From contig NC_086101.1 of assembly GCF_963921235.1 (NCBI RefSeq), forward strand, positions 21,018,001-21,082,000: a stretch of 64,000 nucleotides of DNA, written 5' to 3'. The notes under the pieces were generated by a model. That model did no database searches. It was not told the DNA's origin and saw only the letters and a program-made list of their open reading frames with translations. The position numbers and the translations under genes are program-made. Shown here piece after piece: positions 34,841 to 47,399 of the stretch; positions within the stretch are counted from its first letter, which is position 1, and every line of letters begins with the position of its first letter. The stretch is from Mobula hypostoma (lineage: Eukaryota).

Positions 34841-35790
34841 CTGTTTATAAGAAAAACACAAATAAAGATAATGGTTATCAACAAGTAAGTATTAGCCATG
34901 AGCCCCTCACAAGAACTTTGGAAACAGGACAAGGAGAAATCTCCTCTGCCATTCATCAATGCCATTTTTACACTATCCTAATTCCTTTAATATACAAAAC
35001 ATCTATCTACTTTAGTATTAATACACCTTAATAATTAGGGTTCCCCAGTCTTCCAGAGCAGACCTACCCGTTATGCTGATTCTAGCCTTCTAAGACTGGG
35101 CAGATGTCTCCCAAGCATCCACTGTCTTAAGACCTTGAAGATCTAGTTCTTAAGTTTCAGTGAGTTTACCTCTCATTTTTTTAAACTCTAAGCAATACAG
35201 GTGTACTCCACTCTGTCTTTTGTATGGGATTTCCCTCTATCCCAGGAACCGTACTGCTGACATTTAGTTAGAACTCCCATGTTATGTCACGTTTTAGATA
35301 AGGAGACACAAATGGATCTTGTATCAACAGCTTTGTGAGTACTAGGAACATTCCTTCCCCATGCTATCTATGTTCCATCTAGATTCTCTGAAATGAAGCT
35401 CAGTAGAACAGCACCTTTGTCTCCTGTCCTTCACTTTCACTTCTGTTCTGCACTGTACAATTCTCCTTCCAAATAGTAAGGAGGAGATATAAATGCTGCT
35501 GACATACCCACTCACCATTGAACAATGTGGCTTTTAGGACAAAAGGATGAGTACACAGGTGGCAGCAAGAATTCACATTAAGAGATCATTCTAAGTCATA
35601 CAGTAAACAGACAGTGCTTCGGACCGGGTCCTTCACAAAAGCAGGTGCTGCATCTGAGCAGTGTTTCAGTGTTCCCTCTGCCTTGTGTATCCCACAGACT
35701 TCAGCTCAGACCATAAACATCTCCCCTTTCATCTTTAATTACTCTAAAAATGTCAGACCAGAATATATATTATAATTAAAATAATATTAC

Positions 35791-36120
35791 CATAAATTCG
35801 CAGTTCCGTCACTTCATGATGGAGATCTGTATTGGTCCTTGCAATTATTTCATACAGACCTTCATCACTGTCTGTTAGGTTCTGTATTTCCAGGCTACAG
35901 TCCTTCCGGTTTAATGTCATCCTCTCTCTGTTACAAGTTATTGGGCTGTTTTTATATTTCACACATAATTGAACCATTTTTTGATTAGATGAATATATGT
36001 AGTCCCAAGTAATGAATGAAATGCTTTCTCCTGGCACATTTCCTGGCAAAGTGACTGACTGTCCCAGTGTCCCATTCACCACACGACGAGCAGTTGGATT
36101 CCCATCGGTCTCTGCCAGAA
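35791..36120 (-). CDS. CD2/SLAM-family receptor, IgV-domain exon
   Basis: 330 nt, phase 1-1, acceptor ttcttctgtttcag and donor G|GTAATA. Translates (V)LAETDGNPTARRVVNGTLGQSVTLPGN...ITWDY...SLEIQNLTDSDEGLYEIIARTN...LRIY. It has the G-x-S-V-T-L-P, C-strand Trp, SLxIxNL and D-x-G-x-Y V-set marks but lacks the canonical B/F cysteines, as is typical of CD2/SLAM domain 1. Confidence 0.92.
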
Positions 36121-36304
36121 CTGAAACAGAAGAACAAACCATTAGAGTCTTTAGTCCCAGTGTGTTGGTGTCCACATTTCCACAGCATGGCAACTCTAGC
36201 ATGATCCCAAATCTGAGGGACAAGTGGAAGCAGCCACGTGAGAACACAACCACATAATGAGGGGATGCTCTTTTACCTCAGTGGCACAGATGCTATCCAA
36301 TGAC

Positions 36305-36380
36305 CATGGAAGAAAACAATTAAAACACAAAAGTTGATTTCTGATAGAACATCTATGCTCCACGCAAGGCTGTGATACAT
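36305..36380 (-). CDS. Candidate leader exon C for the CD2/SLAM gene
   Basis: Translates MYHSLAWSIDVLSEINFCVLIVFFH, phase 1, giving ...FCVLIVFFHVLA|ETDG with a plausible V-x-A cleavage site. The donor ATG|GTCATT is weak. Confidence 0.35.
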
Positions 36381-36666
36381 AGAACAGGAAATAACCTGCT
36401 GGAGGAGATCAGCATTTCAAACAGCTTCTATGGCAGGAGGGGGAATGATTAATGTTTTTGATAGAAACACTGCATCACTAGTTTCCCTCACTGAGACTGC
36501 TTGATCCACTGAGTTCCTCCAGCAGTTTATATATTTTTTGCCGCAGTTTCATTGCGTTGGCACAACATTTATCATTGTTGGCTCTAGATCATGGAACTCC
36601 CTCCCCAACACCACTGTGCGGGCACCTTCCCCAGAAGGACTGAAACTGTTCCAGAAGGCAGCTTAC

Positions 36667-36760
36667 CAGCACTTGTCAAGGGCAGTTTGGATTGAGCAGT
36701 AATGGTGACCTTGGCAACAAAGTACAGGATGGAGAAGAGAAGTGGTGGGAGAAGGATCAT
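36667..36760 (-). CDS. Candidate leader exon A for the CD2/SLAM gene
   Basis: Translates MILLPPLLFSILYFVAKVTITAQSKLPLTSA with a strong phase-1 donor CTG|GTAAGC and an acceptor (gtttacag) 3 nt before the ATG. The 3' half resembles an antisense CR1 3'-end fragment. Confidence 0.4.
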
Positions 36761-36780
36761 ATCCTGTAAACTACAATAGA

Positions 36781-37045
36781 TACACTCAAAGCTCACCTTA
36801 TTAAGTACACCTGTACACCATCTCATTAATCCAAACATCTAATCAGCCAATCGTATGGCAGCAACTCAAATCATATATGCATGCAGACATGGTCAACGGG
36901 TTCAGTTGTTCAGATCAAACATCAGAATGAGAAAGAGATGTGATCTCAGTGAATTTGACAATGGAATGATTGTTGATGCCAAGTGGGGAGGTTTCAATAT
37001 CTCAGAAAATGTTGATTTTGTTTATTCATGCACAACAATTTCCAG
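36781..37045 (+). mobile_element. Tc1/mariner-like non-autonomous element, left part only
   Basis: Starts tacactcaaagctcaccttattaagtacacc, matching the inverted end of the complete copy at 59988-60537. Truncated where the duplicated block begins. Confidence 0.7.
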
Positions 37046-37894
37046 GGTTGAGATGCCAGAACAGGCCAGGAGTGGAAATAAAATTATATCACTATTTTAA
37101 CAAGTTAGGAATTGTGAAGAGTTTGAAGGTATTGGCAATCATCTTCTATGTTACAATGAAAATGAAGATTTGTAGGTTGCAATCATTGAAAGGATTGTAT
37201 GAAGGCAGTCTATCTACACTATCTACACTATTTACTTTATCTAACACTAGGTGTCGGCACTGATTTTGTTCATTTTCAGTTTACCAAAAGAACACAGCAG
37301 ATTACACAGTCTCCATTGAAATCTGTTAAGAAATAATACATGTTTCTATAGTAATGTAGTCGTGTTGATATTGTTTTAATTTGCTCTGTTTTTTCATTGT
37401 TGTTCTTCTCTCATGCTTTGTGCAGCATTTGTTTTTGCCATTTCCACAGCATTTGACTGTTGTTTATGAGGCCAAGTTGCTGGCTAAACACTCTTCACAG
37501 CATAGATGGAAAGCTCGCAAGGAGCATGCTGGATTCGAACTAGGGACCATTTGCCGCAAAGTCTGACGCTGATGCCTCTACAACACTAGGCGGTTTATTT
37601 TTCATTGAAGTGCATAATTTATTACTCAGTTAAATGTCAGTTTGTCTTTTTTATTCCTTTTTTTACTCTTTCCATGAGTGGGTGTGTACCATTTGAGTAA
37701 GTTCAGCTTCCCACAATTCAACCATCCTACCCCCGCAACTCTGCTATTGATTGATGCCCAGAGGTTGTGTAGCTAACCCAAATTCTGATAAGAATGCCCA
37801 CATTTGCTCTGCAAATCCTTGACAGAGGATGAAAGGAGAATGGAAGGCAAACTGACAAAGGGTCAAATAAACAAAAATAACATAATGACATTAG

Positions 37895-38305
37895 AGCAAG
37901 TTGAGACGCAAACAACAGGAATTCTGCAGATGCTGGAAATTCCAGCAACACACATAAAAGTTGCTGGTGAACGCAGCAGGCCAGGCAGCATCTCCAGGAA
38001 GAGCTGCAGTCGACGTTTCAGACCGAGACCCTTCGTCAGGACTAACTGAAGGAAGAGTGAATAAGGGATTTGAAAGTTGGAGGGGGAGGGGGAGATCCAA
38101 AATGATAAGAGAAGACAGGAGGGGGAGGGATGGAGCCAAGAGCTGGACAAGTGATAGGCAAACGGGGATACGAGAGGATCATGGGACAGGAGGTCCAGGG
38201 AGAAAGACAAGATGGGGGGGACCCAGAGGATGGGCAAGGGGTATATTCAGAGGGACAGAGGGAGAAAAAGGAGAGTGAGAGAAAGAATGTGTGTATAAAA
38301 ATCTG
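37895..38305 (-). mobile_element. Penelope-like element 3' terminal fragment
   Basis: Closely matches 17045-17400 and 32205-32580. Absent from the paralogous block near 7990. Confidence 0.85.
38008..38043 (-). ncRNA. Minimal hammerhead ribozyme motif in Penelope terminus
   Basis: AGUC-CUGACGA-agggucucggucu-GAAACGUC-GACU: complete core with a GUC cleavage triplet; stem II relies on wobble pairs. Confidence 0.6.
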
Positions 38306-38309
38306 TCAA

Positions 38310-39780
38310 GAATAGAGGTGCATACTGGAGGATGTTAAATGTTATTCCTCTGTTTACGAAAAGCAATTGTGATAATCATGGGAATTATAGACCAGTGAGT
38401 CTTATGTTAGTGGTGGATGAACTATTGGAGACAGAATTTATTCAAATTTAGCGAAGATAGATTGATTACAATTAGTCTGCATGACTTTATAAAGAGCAGG
38501 CAGTGTCTCACAAGGTTGATGGAATTCTTCAAGGAAGTGACAAAACATTGTGATGAATGAACAGCAGTAGATGTGGTGTACATGGATTTCAGTGAGAAGT
38601 TTGATAATCCTCATCCACAAAGTCAGAAGACATGGAATCCAGGGGACCTTGGCTGTGTGGAGTCAGTATTGGCTTGCCCACAGAAGGCAGACGGTGGTAG
38701 TAGATAGAGCAGAGCCTACCTACAATTCAATGACCAGTACTATTCCATCGTGATCTCTTCTGGGAAACTACCTATTGTGAATTTTATAAATGACTTGGAT
38801 GAGGGAATGATAAGGTGGTTAGTACGTTTGCAGATGACCCAAAGTTTAGTGGTGTTGTGCATAGCGTAAAAGGTTGTCATAGGTTGAAATTGGACATTGG
38901 TATGATGCAGAGAATTGGGCTGAGAAGAGTTCTAAATGGAACAAAGATAGGATGCAGAAAATTGGGCTGAGAAATGACAGATAGAGTTCAGTCTCGGTAA
39001 GTGTGAAGTGAAACACTTTGGAAGGTCGAACTGGAAGGCAAAGTACAAAGTTAATGGCAGGATCCTTTTAGTGAGGAGGAACAAAGAGACCTTGGGGTCC
39101 ATGTCGATATATCCCTCAAAGATTCTGCATAAGTCGATAGTGTGTTTAAAATGGCATATGGTATGTTGATTTTCATGAGTCAGGGAACTGAGTTAAAGAG
39201 CCATTAGGTAACTCAGTCTGCTTAGACCACACTTGGAATATTGTCTTCTCTTCAGGTCTCCTTATAGGAAGGTTATGGGAATGTGCAGATGAGACTGCCT
39301 GGAGTAGAGGGCATTTTTATGAGGAAAGGTTTAGTAAGCTAGTGCTTTTCTCTTTGAAGTGAAGAAGAGTGAGAGATGACTTGATAGGAGGAGTGTATGA
39401 TGACAAGACACACTGATAAAGTAGTCGGGCAGAGCACTTTTCATGGGACGGAAATGGCTAATATTAGATGGCATAATTTTAACATGATTGGAAGAAAGTA
39501 TGGGGAGGGTAGAAGTAGGGTTAATCTATTGTCAGAGGTTGATCTTTTGCACAGAGAGTGGTGGATGACTGGAATGGGCTGCCAGGGGTAGTGGTAAAGG
39601 CAGATTCATTACAGATATTTAAAAGAGTCTTAGATAGATACATAAATGAATGAAATATGGAGGGCTATGCTGGAGGGAAGCATTATATTGATGCTGGAGT
39701 ATGAAAGTTCAGCATGACGTAGTGGGCTGAAAGGCCTGTACTGTGCAGTGCTGTTCTATGTTTCTGATATGATGGGAGTA
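38310..39780 (+). mobile_element. CR1 LINE fragments, degenerate
   Basis: Paralog of 8000-9270. Confidence 0.7.
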
Positions 39781-40189
39781 TGGAAAATGCTGTTGCTGAG
39801 CTGATAATCTCCTAATCGTTTATTTAACACTAACTTCAATGTTCGCCATTACATTTTATGAAAATGAATTATTTTGAAATGAAGTACATTCTAATCACAC
39901 AGTTTGCAATGTCGTTCTGGACAGGTATTTCCATAATTTCCAGACCAAATATAAACCTGGTAATTTATGCTCCTACATCGTAACACAACCTCGGATTTAT
40001 TTTCTACACCTTTTGATCATTAATTGATTTCACACTTTATTCCGAGCAACACTGTGTGCTCGCGACAGCGTGAGAGGCAGATATTTTGTCTGAGTCAGGC
40101 ACTGAGTGTCTGTACAGAAACACTCCCCTGTCCCCCCACGCCCCGATCTGCAGCAGCAAACGTGCATAAAAGAACAAACAATATCACCT

Positions 40190-41295
40190 CCACAATATCA
40201 CACACAAAATGCTGGAGGAACTCAGTAAATCAGGGAGCATCTACGGAACAGAGTGCAGTTTCGGGCTAAGACCCTTCTTCAGGACCGGAGGGAAAAAAAA
40301 TTTAAAGGGTGGGGGAAAAGGGAGGGAGAAACACAAGGTGATAAGTGAAACCGGGCTGAGGGAGGGGGTTTGAAATAAAGAACTAGGAAATTGATTAATG
40401 AAAGAGATACAGGGCTGGAGAAGGGGGGATGTAATAGGAGAGGCCATGGAAGAAAGAAAAACAGTGAGTAGCACCAGAGGGAGATGATTGTCTGGCAAGG
40501 AGATGAGAGAGAAAAAAGGGGATGGGGAATGGTGAAGGCGGAGGGTGGGCATTACCAGAAGTTCGATAAACTGATGTCCATGCCATCAGGTTGGAGGCTA
40601 CCCAGACGGAATACAAGGTGTTGTTCCTCCAACCTGAGTGTGGCCTCATTGCAACAGTAGAGGAGGTCATGGATTGACTTAATGGAATGGGAAGTGGAAT
40701 TAAAATGGATGGCTACTGGGAGATCTCACTTCTTCTGGCGGACAGAGCTTAGGTACTCAGTGAAACGGCCTCCCAATCTACATCGGGTCTCACCGATATA
40801 CAGGAGGCCACACTTGGAGCACTGGACACGGTATATGACCCCCAACAGATGCACAGGTGAAACGTCGCCTCACCTGGAAGGACTGATTGGGGCCCTGAAT
40901 GTTAGTGAGGGAGGAGGCGTAGAGCCAGGTGTAGCACTCGTTCCGCTTGCAAGGATGAGAGCCAGGAGGAGATCAGCGGGGAGGGCTGAATGGACAAGGG
41001 AGTCGCATAGGGAGCCATCCCTGCGGAAAGTAGAAAGTGAGGGGGGGGGTGCAGGAGGGTAAAATATGCTTGCTGCTGGGATCCCTTTGGAGATGGCAGA
41101 AGTTACAGAGAATTATGTGCTTGATGCCAAGTTGGTGGTAGGCGAGGACAAGAGGAAACCTATCCCTGGTAAGGCGGCGGGACGATGGGGTGAGGGCATA
41201 CGTGCATGATGTGGAAGACATGCGGCTGAAGGCAGGGTTGATGGTCAAGGATGGGAAGTTCCTTTCTTTGAAAAAGGAGAACATGTCCTTCATTG
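40190..41295 (-). mobile_element. Penelope-like element (diverged subfamily), 5'-truncated
   Basis: MKDMFSFFKERNFPS...DRFPLVLAY (RT C-terminus) and a GIY-YIG remnant (LYIGET, EEQHLVFRLGSLQPDG). Confidence 0.85.
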
Positions 41296-41344
41296 CTCCA
41301 TAAGATACTGGCTGGATTAAAAGAACTGGGCTGAAAATTATTGC

Positions 41345-41760
41345 GACACCGTTGGCCTTTTCTCCTTGGAGCGACGGAGGATGAGAGGTGACCTAATAGT
41401 GGTGTATAAGGTGATGAGAGGCATTGATCCTGTGGATAATCAGAGGCTTTTTCCCAGGGCTGAAATGGCTAACACGAGAGGGCACAGTTTTAGGTTGCTT
41501 GGAAGTAGGTACAGAGGAGATGTCAGCGGTAAGTTTGTTTTTACGCAGAGTGGTGAGGGCGCGGAATGTGCTGCCGGCGACGCTGGTGGAGGCGGATACA
41601 ATAGGGCCTTTTAAGAGATTCCTGGACAGGTACACTGAGCTTTAAAAAACAGAGGGCTATGGGTAACCCTAGGTAATTTCTAAAGTAAGTACATGTTCAG
41701 CAGAGCACTGTGGGCCCAAGGGCCTGTATTGCGTTGTAGGTTTTCTACGTCTCTATGACA
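41345..41760 (+). mobile_element. CR1 LINE 3' end
   Basis: LERRRMRGDLIVVYKVMRGID...RGHSF coding remnant plus the CR1 3' UTR. Confidence 0.85.
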
Positions 41761-43309
41761 AGGTTATCGAGATTAGAAATTCAAAACATGGGCAAAGCCA
41801 GAACAACGAAGCAACAAACCGTACCTCGGTTTCAATGTTTAACCCTTCCACCACCTTCCCCCACCAGTTTAAGCGAGAACCAACCTCCCGAATCGCTCAA
41901 CAGCAGGTAAATAATCGTGACGCCGGAGAGGCTCCCAGAAGCTGTCCTGGCCATGTCTTCTGTGAAGCGAAGATGGTCATCTAAATGTGGTAGTCTTCAC
42001 GCAAATGTGGTACCGTTACGCTCGATTTGCTCATATCGCTCAGGGGCATGGGCACAGAAAGGGGCGGGGAAAGTGAAAACAGTTTGAAAGGGAGATGCGA
42101 GAGTGAAGTGCGAACGTTCAGTTGTTAATCGGGCTCGATGTCAGCTGTTAGCTGAGCGGTCCCATCCGTATTCGCCCCTTGCACCCGTACTCCTACGACT
42201 TAATTTTCCTCAACTTTCCGTCCACTTTTTATCCATTTCATTCAGACAGACAGCGCCCGAACAGACAATAGAATCCACGCCGATCTTTATCTGCCCATTT
42301 TCACCAATGCTACATGAGCCCATTTTTAATTCTCCTCGTATCCCCACCAACTGCTTCACACTCTGCCACTATCAAAACGCTCCAATTAGCTTCTTACGAC
42401 TAATGAAACTGCCGTCTCTAGGAGGTGGTAGGAAATCGGGGCATCCGGGGAAACCTACACGATCACCGGCACAACGTCCAGACTCCATGCACACAGAACC
42501 GGAGGTCGGATCGAACCCGGGTTCCCGGAGCTGTGAGACAGTAGTTCCGCCACCCTCAGAAGCTGCGGACAGGTTACGACTGGCTACAGCACCTTTAGTT
42601 AAGGGACGGAACACAGCTACTGTATATTCAGCAAATAGGGACAAAATGAGGAACAAGCTAGGTATAAAACAGCAGCAGAGTGGGTGGATGGGGGTTCGAT
42701 TGCAATATCTAAGAGAAGACTGGATGAGTACATGGATGGGAGGGGTACTGAGATCTATGGTCCATTTGAGGATCGATGGGACTAGGCAGAATAACTGCTC
42801 ATCGCAGACTAGATGGATCGAACGGCCTGTTTCCATGCTGTCGTTCTGTATGTGACAAAACGCTGACTCTATGAGAAACCGCTTAACAGCTCAGGCAATA
42901 GCTCTGGAGGCAAATGTACTATCGACGTTTCGTGTCTGTGTCCAGACCTTTCATCTGTCCATTTCCCACCATATCTGCTGCTTTACACGTTGAATTCCTC
43001 AAGCGTTTTGTCTGCTTCTACAGATTCCATTATCTGCAGTCTCTTATCTCAAAATACCGACTCCAGACACCCACGAATATATTCAGAAAATGTAAGGGTC
43101 TGATATAAGACGAGCAACGGCAGAGGATCTGACAGTAACAGGAAAATAATATGGTGAGTGTAATTTCTGCATGCAATCATGGAACAGATTTGCAAGCCTG
43201 GGCCTCGGAACTGGCTCCTAAACCTAATGCATGCTTCCTTCTTTTGCTTGACGAGAGACTCACTAGCTCACCACCCATATACCCCTGTATTTACCAGTCT
43301 TGCTGCTCA

Positions 43310-45072
43310 TCATAATAATAACAAGGTTGTAATAATAACAGGGTTGGCGTGGTGGGAGATTTTAATTTCCCAACTACTGATTGGCATCTCCCTAGAGCAA
43401 GGGGTTTAGATAGGGTGGAGTTTGTTAGGTGTGTTCAGAAAGGTTTTGTGACACAATATGTAGATAAGCCTACAAGAGGAGAAGCTGTACTTTATCTGGT
43501 ATTGGGAAACATACCTGGTCAGTTGTCAGGTCTCTCAGTGGGAGAGCATTTTGGAGATAGTGATCACAATTCTATCTCCTTTACCATAGCATTGGAGAGG
43601 CAAAGGAACAGACAAATTAGGAAAGTGTCTAATTGGAGAAAGGGGAAATATGAGGCTAGCGGGTAGGAACTTGGAAGTATAAATTGGAAACAAATGTTCT
43701 CAGGGAAATGTACTGCAGAAATGTGGCAAATGTTCAGGGGATATTTGTGTGGAGTTCTGCACCGGTACATTCCAATGAGATGGGGAAAGGATGATAGACT
43801 TCAGGACCCATGGTGTACAAAGGCTGTTGTAAATCTAGTCAAGAAGAAAAGAAGAGCTTACAAAAGGTTCAAAAAACTAGGTAATGATAGATATGTAGAA
43901 GATTATAAGCCTCACAGGAAAGACTTTAAGAATGAAATTAAGAGAGCCAGAAGGGGCCATGAGAAGGCCTTGGTGGACAGGATTAAGGAAAACCACAAGG
44001 CATTCTACAAGTATGTGAAGAGCAAGAGAATAAGACATGAGAGAATAGGGCCAATCAAGTGTGACAGCGGAAAGTGTGTATGCAACTGGAGGAGATAGCT
44101 GGGGTACTCTATCTCTACTCTGTTTCTTGAATAAGGGAACAACACTGCAACCGGGTTAGTAAATCTGATGTTGACACAAAGGTTGGGGGTGTTGTGGATA
44201 GTGTGGAGGGCTGTCGGAGGTTACATTGATAGGGTGCAAAACTGGACTGAGAAGTGGCAGATGGAGTTCAACCCAGATAAGTGTGAGTTAGTTCAGTTTT
44301 GTAGGTCAAATATGAAGGCAGAACATAGTATTAACGGTAAGACTCTTGGCAGTGTGGAGGATCAGAGGGATCTTGGGGTCCGAGTCCATAGGACACCCAA
44401 AACTGCTGCACAGGTTGACTCTGTGGTTAAGAAGGCATATGGTGCATTGGCCTTCATCAGTCGTGGGATTGAGTTCAAGAGCAGAGAGGTAATGTTGGAG
44501 CTATATAGGACCCTGGTCAGGCACCACTTGGAGTACTATGCTCTGTTCTGGTCACCTCACTACAGGAAGGATGTGGAAAACATAGAAATGGTGTAGAAGA
44601 TATTTACAAGGATGTTGCCTGGATTAGGGGGCATGCCTTATGAGAATAGGTTGAGTGAACTCGACCTTTTCTCTTTTTGAGCGACAGAGGATGTGAGGTG
44701 ACCTGATAGAGGTGTATAAGATGATGACAGGCATTGATCGTGTGGATAGTCAGAGGCCTTTTACCAAGGCTGAAATGGCTGGTACGAGAAAGCACAGTTT
44801 TGAGGTGCTTGGAAGTAGGCACTGAGGAGATGTCAGTGGCAAGTTTTTTACGCAGAGACCGGTGAGTGTGTGGAATGAGCCGTCGGTGAAGGTGGTGGAG
44901 GCAGAAACGATAGGGTCTTTTAAGAGGCTCCCTGATAGATACGTGGAGCTTAGAAAAATAGAGGGCTATGTGTAACGCTGGGTAACTTCTAAGGTAAGGA
45001 CGTGTTCGGCACAACTTTTTGGGTGGAATGGCCTGTATTGTGCTGTGGGTTTTCTATGTTTCTATGTTCTAT
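43310..45072 (+). mobile_element. CR1 LINE ORF2 with internal deletions
   Basis: GDFNFP...SDH (endonuclease), KAFYKYVKSKR, WQMEFNPDKC, LVRHHLEY, and a (TTCTATG)n tail. Absent from the paralog. Confidence 0.88.
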
Positions 45073-47399
45073 CTGAACAGAAACGTGCTCCTCCTGGACT
45101 CTTAAAATCATAACCTTAAAGGCCTCCACCTTGCAATTTATTCCTTTCCTTTCAATTAGGTTCAGCAGATCCTTCTTTGTTAGATCCTGTCTAATTCCCT
45201 TAAAATTGGGTCTGCTCCAGTTTAGCAACTTAAACTGTGGACTGTCCTATCTTCTCACATCACTATCTTAAAAGTAATACAATTTTGGCACTTGAGTCAA
45301 AATCCCTTGATTTCCACTGCAACATCTTATCCTGCTCCTTTTCCTCAGAAGAGGTCCACACTATTGTATCAGCCTGAGTAGGGCCCTCTAAATAGTGACT
45401 CAAGAAACAAAAAGGTAACTTCCCCTTTTCATTCACCCACACATCTGCTTTGCCTCTATCCTATCCTTAATTCAATATTTCAATTATGATTGTAAAATCC
45501 CAGTCCTCAGAGCTGATCATTCTCTGAGGTTCTCTCCTTTATCTATGAAGCTTCGTGCATTGAAATAAATTGAATTTATGTGTCTATTTATTTCCGTCTG
45601 CTTACTATGCCCCTGCCTATCCTGGTTACTAAATTAGTTCTCACTGGTTATTGCTTTATCCCATAACATGCTCCTGCTCAGTGTTCCACCCTAAATAGTA
45701 GCCAAAATGTGGGGTTGAGATTGCACAGGGAGCTAGGAAGGCATGTAATAAGGGAAATAACACAATTGTAATGGGGGACATCAATATGCAAGGGGATTGG
45801 GAAAATCAGGTTGGTGTCAGATTGCAAGAGAGAGAATTTGTTGACTGCCTACAAGATGGCTTTTTAGAGCAGCTTGTGCTCGAGACTACTTGCGGAAAGG
45901 ATATATTAGACTGGGTTTTTTGGTAATAACCCCAATCTTATTAGGGAGCTTAATGTAAAGGCACCCAACATGCAGTGATCATCATGTGATTGAATTCATA
46001 CTGCAATTTGAGATGTTGAAGCATAACTCACATGTATCATAATCACAAATGAATAAAGAGAATTACAAAGGTATGAGAGAGAACTTGCCCAAATGGATTG
46101 AAGGGGGTTACTGTGGGGGCTGAAGACAAATGCAGTGCTAGCATTTATTTCAAGGGGAACAGAATATAAAAGCAGGGAGATAATGCTGAGCCTCTATAGG
46201 ACACTAGTCAGGCTGCACTTGGAGTATTTGTTGATGAGTAGCTCGCCAATGGTGGGAATGTGGAACTGGGCAAGCAGTGAGTAGGAAAGGTGAAGCAAGG
46301 AAACTAAATATGAGACGATCTGTGTTTAGATAACGGGCTGATGAAACAAGATGACGGGGTGATAAGGAGGAGAGATGTGGAAAACCTGAAGGACTGTAAG
46401 ACCATAAGACATAGCAGCAAAGTTAGCCCATTCAGCCCATTGAGTCTGCTCTGCCATTCCATCATGGCTGATCCCAGATCCCACTCAAGCCCATACTCCT
46501 GTCTTCTTACCATATCCTTTGTTAACCTGGCTGATCAGGAAACTATCAATGTCCACTTAAAATATACCCACGGACTTGCCCTCCACCCCATTCTGTGGCA
46601 GAGCATTCCACAGATTCACGACTCTCTGGCTAAAAGAGTGCCTCCACAGGATATGAGGGAGAGAATCCCCGTGCGCTGGGAAAGTGGGAAGAGAATACGG
46701 TAGAAGTGAGTTTCCTAAATACTGAAAATTCAATGTTCATCTCATTGGGTTAAAGTTGAATATGAGGTTCCATTCTTCTAGTTTGCATTTGGCCTCATGG
46801 TGGTAGGGAAGAAGGATTGAGATGATAGTTCGGCTTGGCAATGGGCAGAGAAGTTATAAACTCATGCGCACACAAAAGCTCAAGATGGCTATTGTGGAAA
46901 GAATTCAGGTGCTTTGCAAATTGGCTACCTATGCACTGATGCAGAGGAAACCACATCATCAGCACCAAATTTAATTGACCAGGATATAGGATGTGCAAAT
47001 GAATTTTTTCCTTTCCTGGAAGTGCTGTTCAGGTCCCTGAGTGGTGGTGAAGGTGTTATTGTACGGGCAGATGTTATACATCCTGCAGGGGAAGTGATGA
47101 GATGACGAGGGTGGCATTGGGTACTAGTGTTTAAATGGAGGGACAAAGGAAGAATTAGCTGGTAGAAGTAGCTAATGCTGTGTGCTTGATGTGGTTGTCC
47201 AGGAGTTTGAAATATAAGGACCGGGGAACTCTATCTATGTTCTGTCTCGGCAGAGGCAGGATGAGAGTGGGCATGTGAGAAGTGAAGAAAATATGCGACA
47301 GGTTTATTCATCTAGGCACGAGGATCAAGGCAGGACTGTGCAGGCGTGTGGACATCAGCGAGTTAGACCGACAGGAAAAACTGAAAAAGAAGACACCTT

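Larger units (their letters stand above)
37043..45690 (+). repeat. Segmental duplication, copy 2 (upstream flank of the CD2/SLAM gene)
   Basis: Shares the anchors listed for 3104-14490, in the same order. Confidence 0.85.

Noticed and set aside
37285-37322. 38-nt exon candidate (FQWRLCNLLCSF) as a split leader
   Set aside because: It needs an upstream phase-2 exon whose donor would lie in Tigger-like remnant sequence. The paralogous site (~3300-3346) lacks the donor and lies upstream of the ATG. At most a 5' UTR exon.
42103-42855. 250-aa ORF (and its 185-aa counterpart at 10955-11512) as a duplicated protein gene
   Set aside because: The frame runs through an antisense SINE and a CR1 3' remnant. 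The similarity reflects the segmental duplication, and the two ORFs start in non-equivalent frames.
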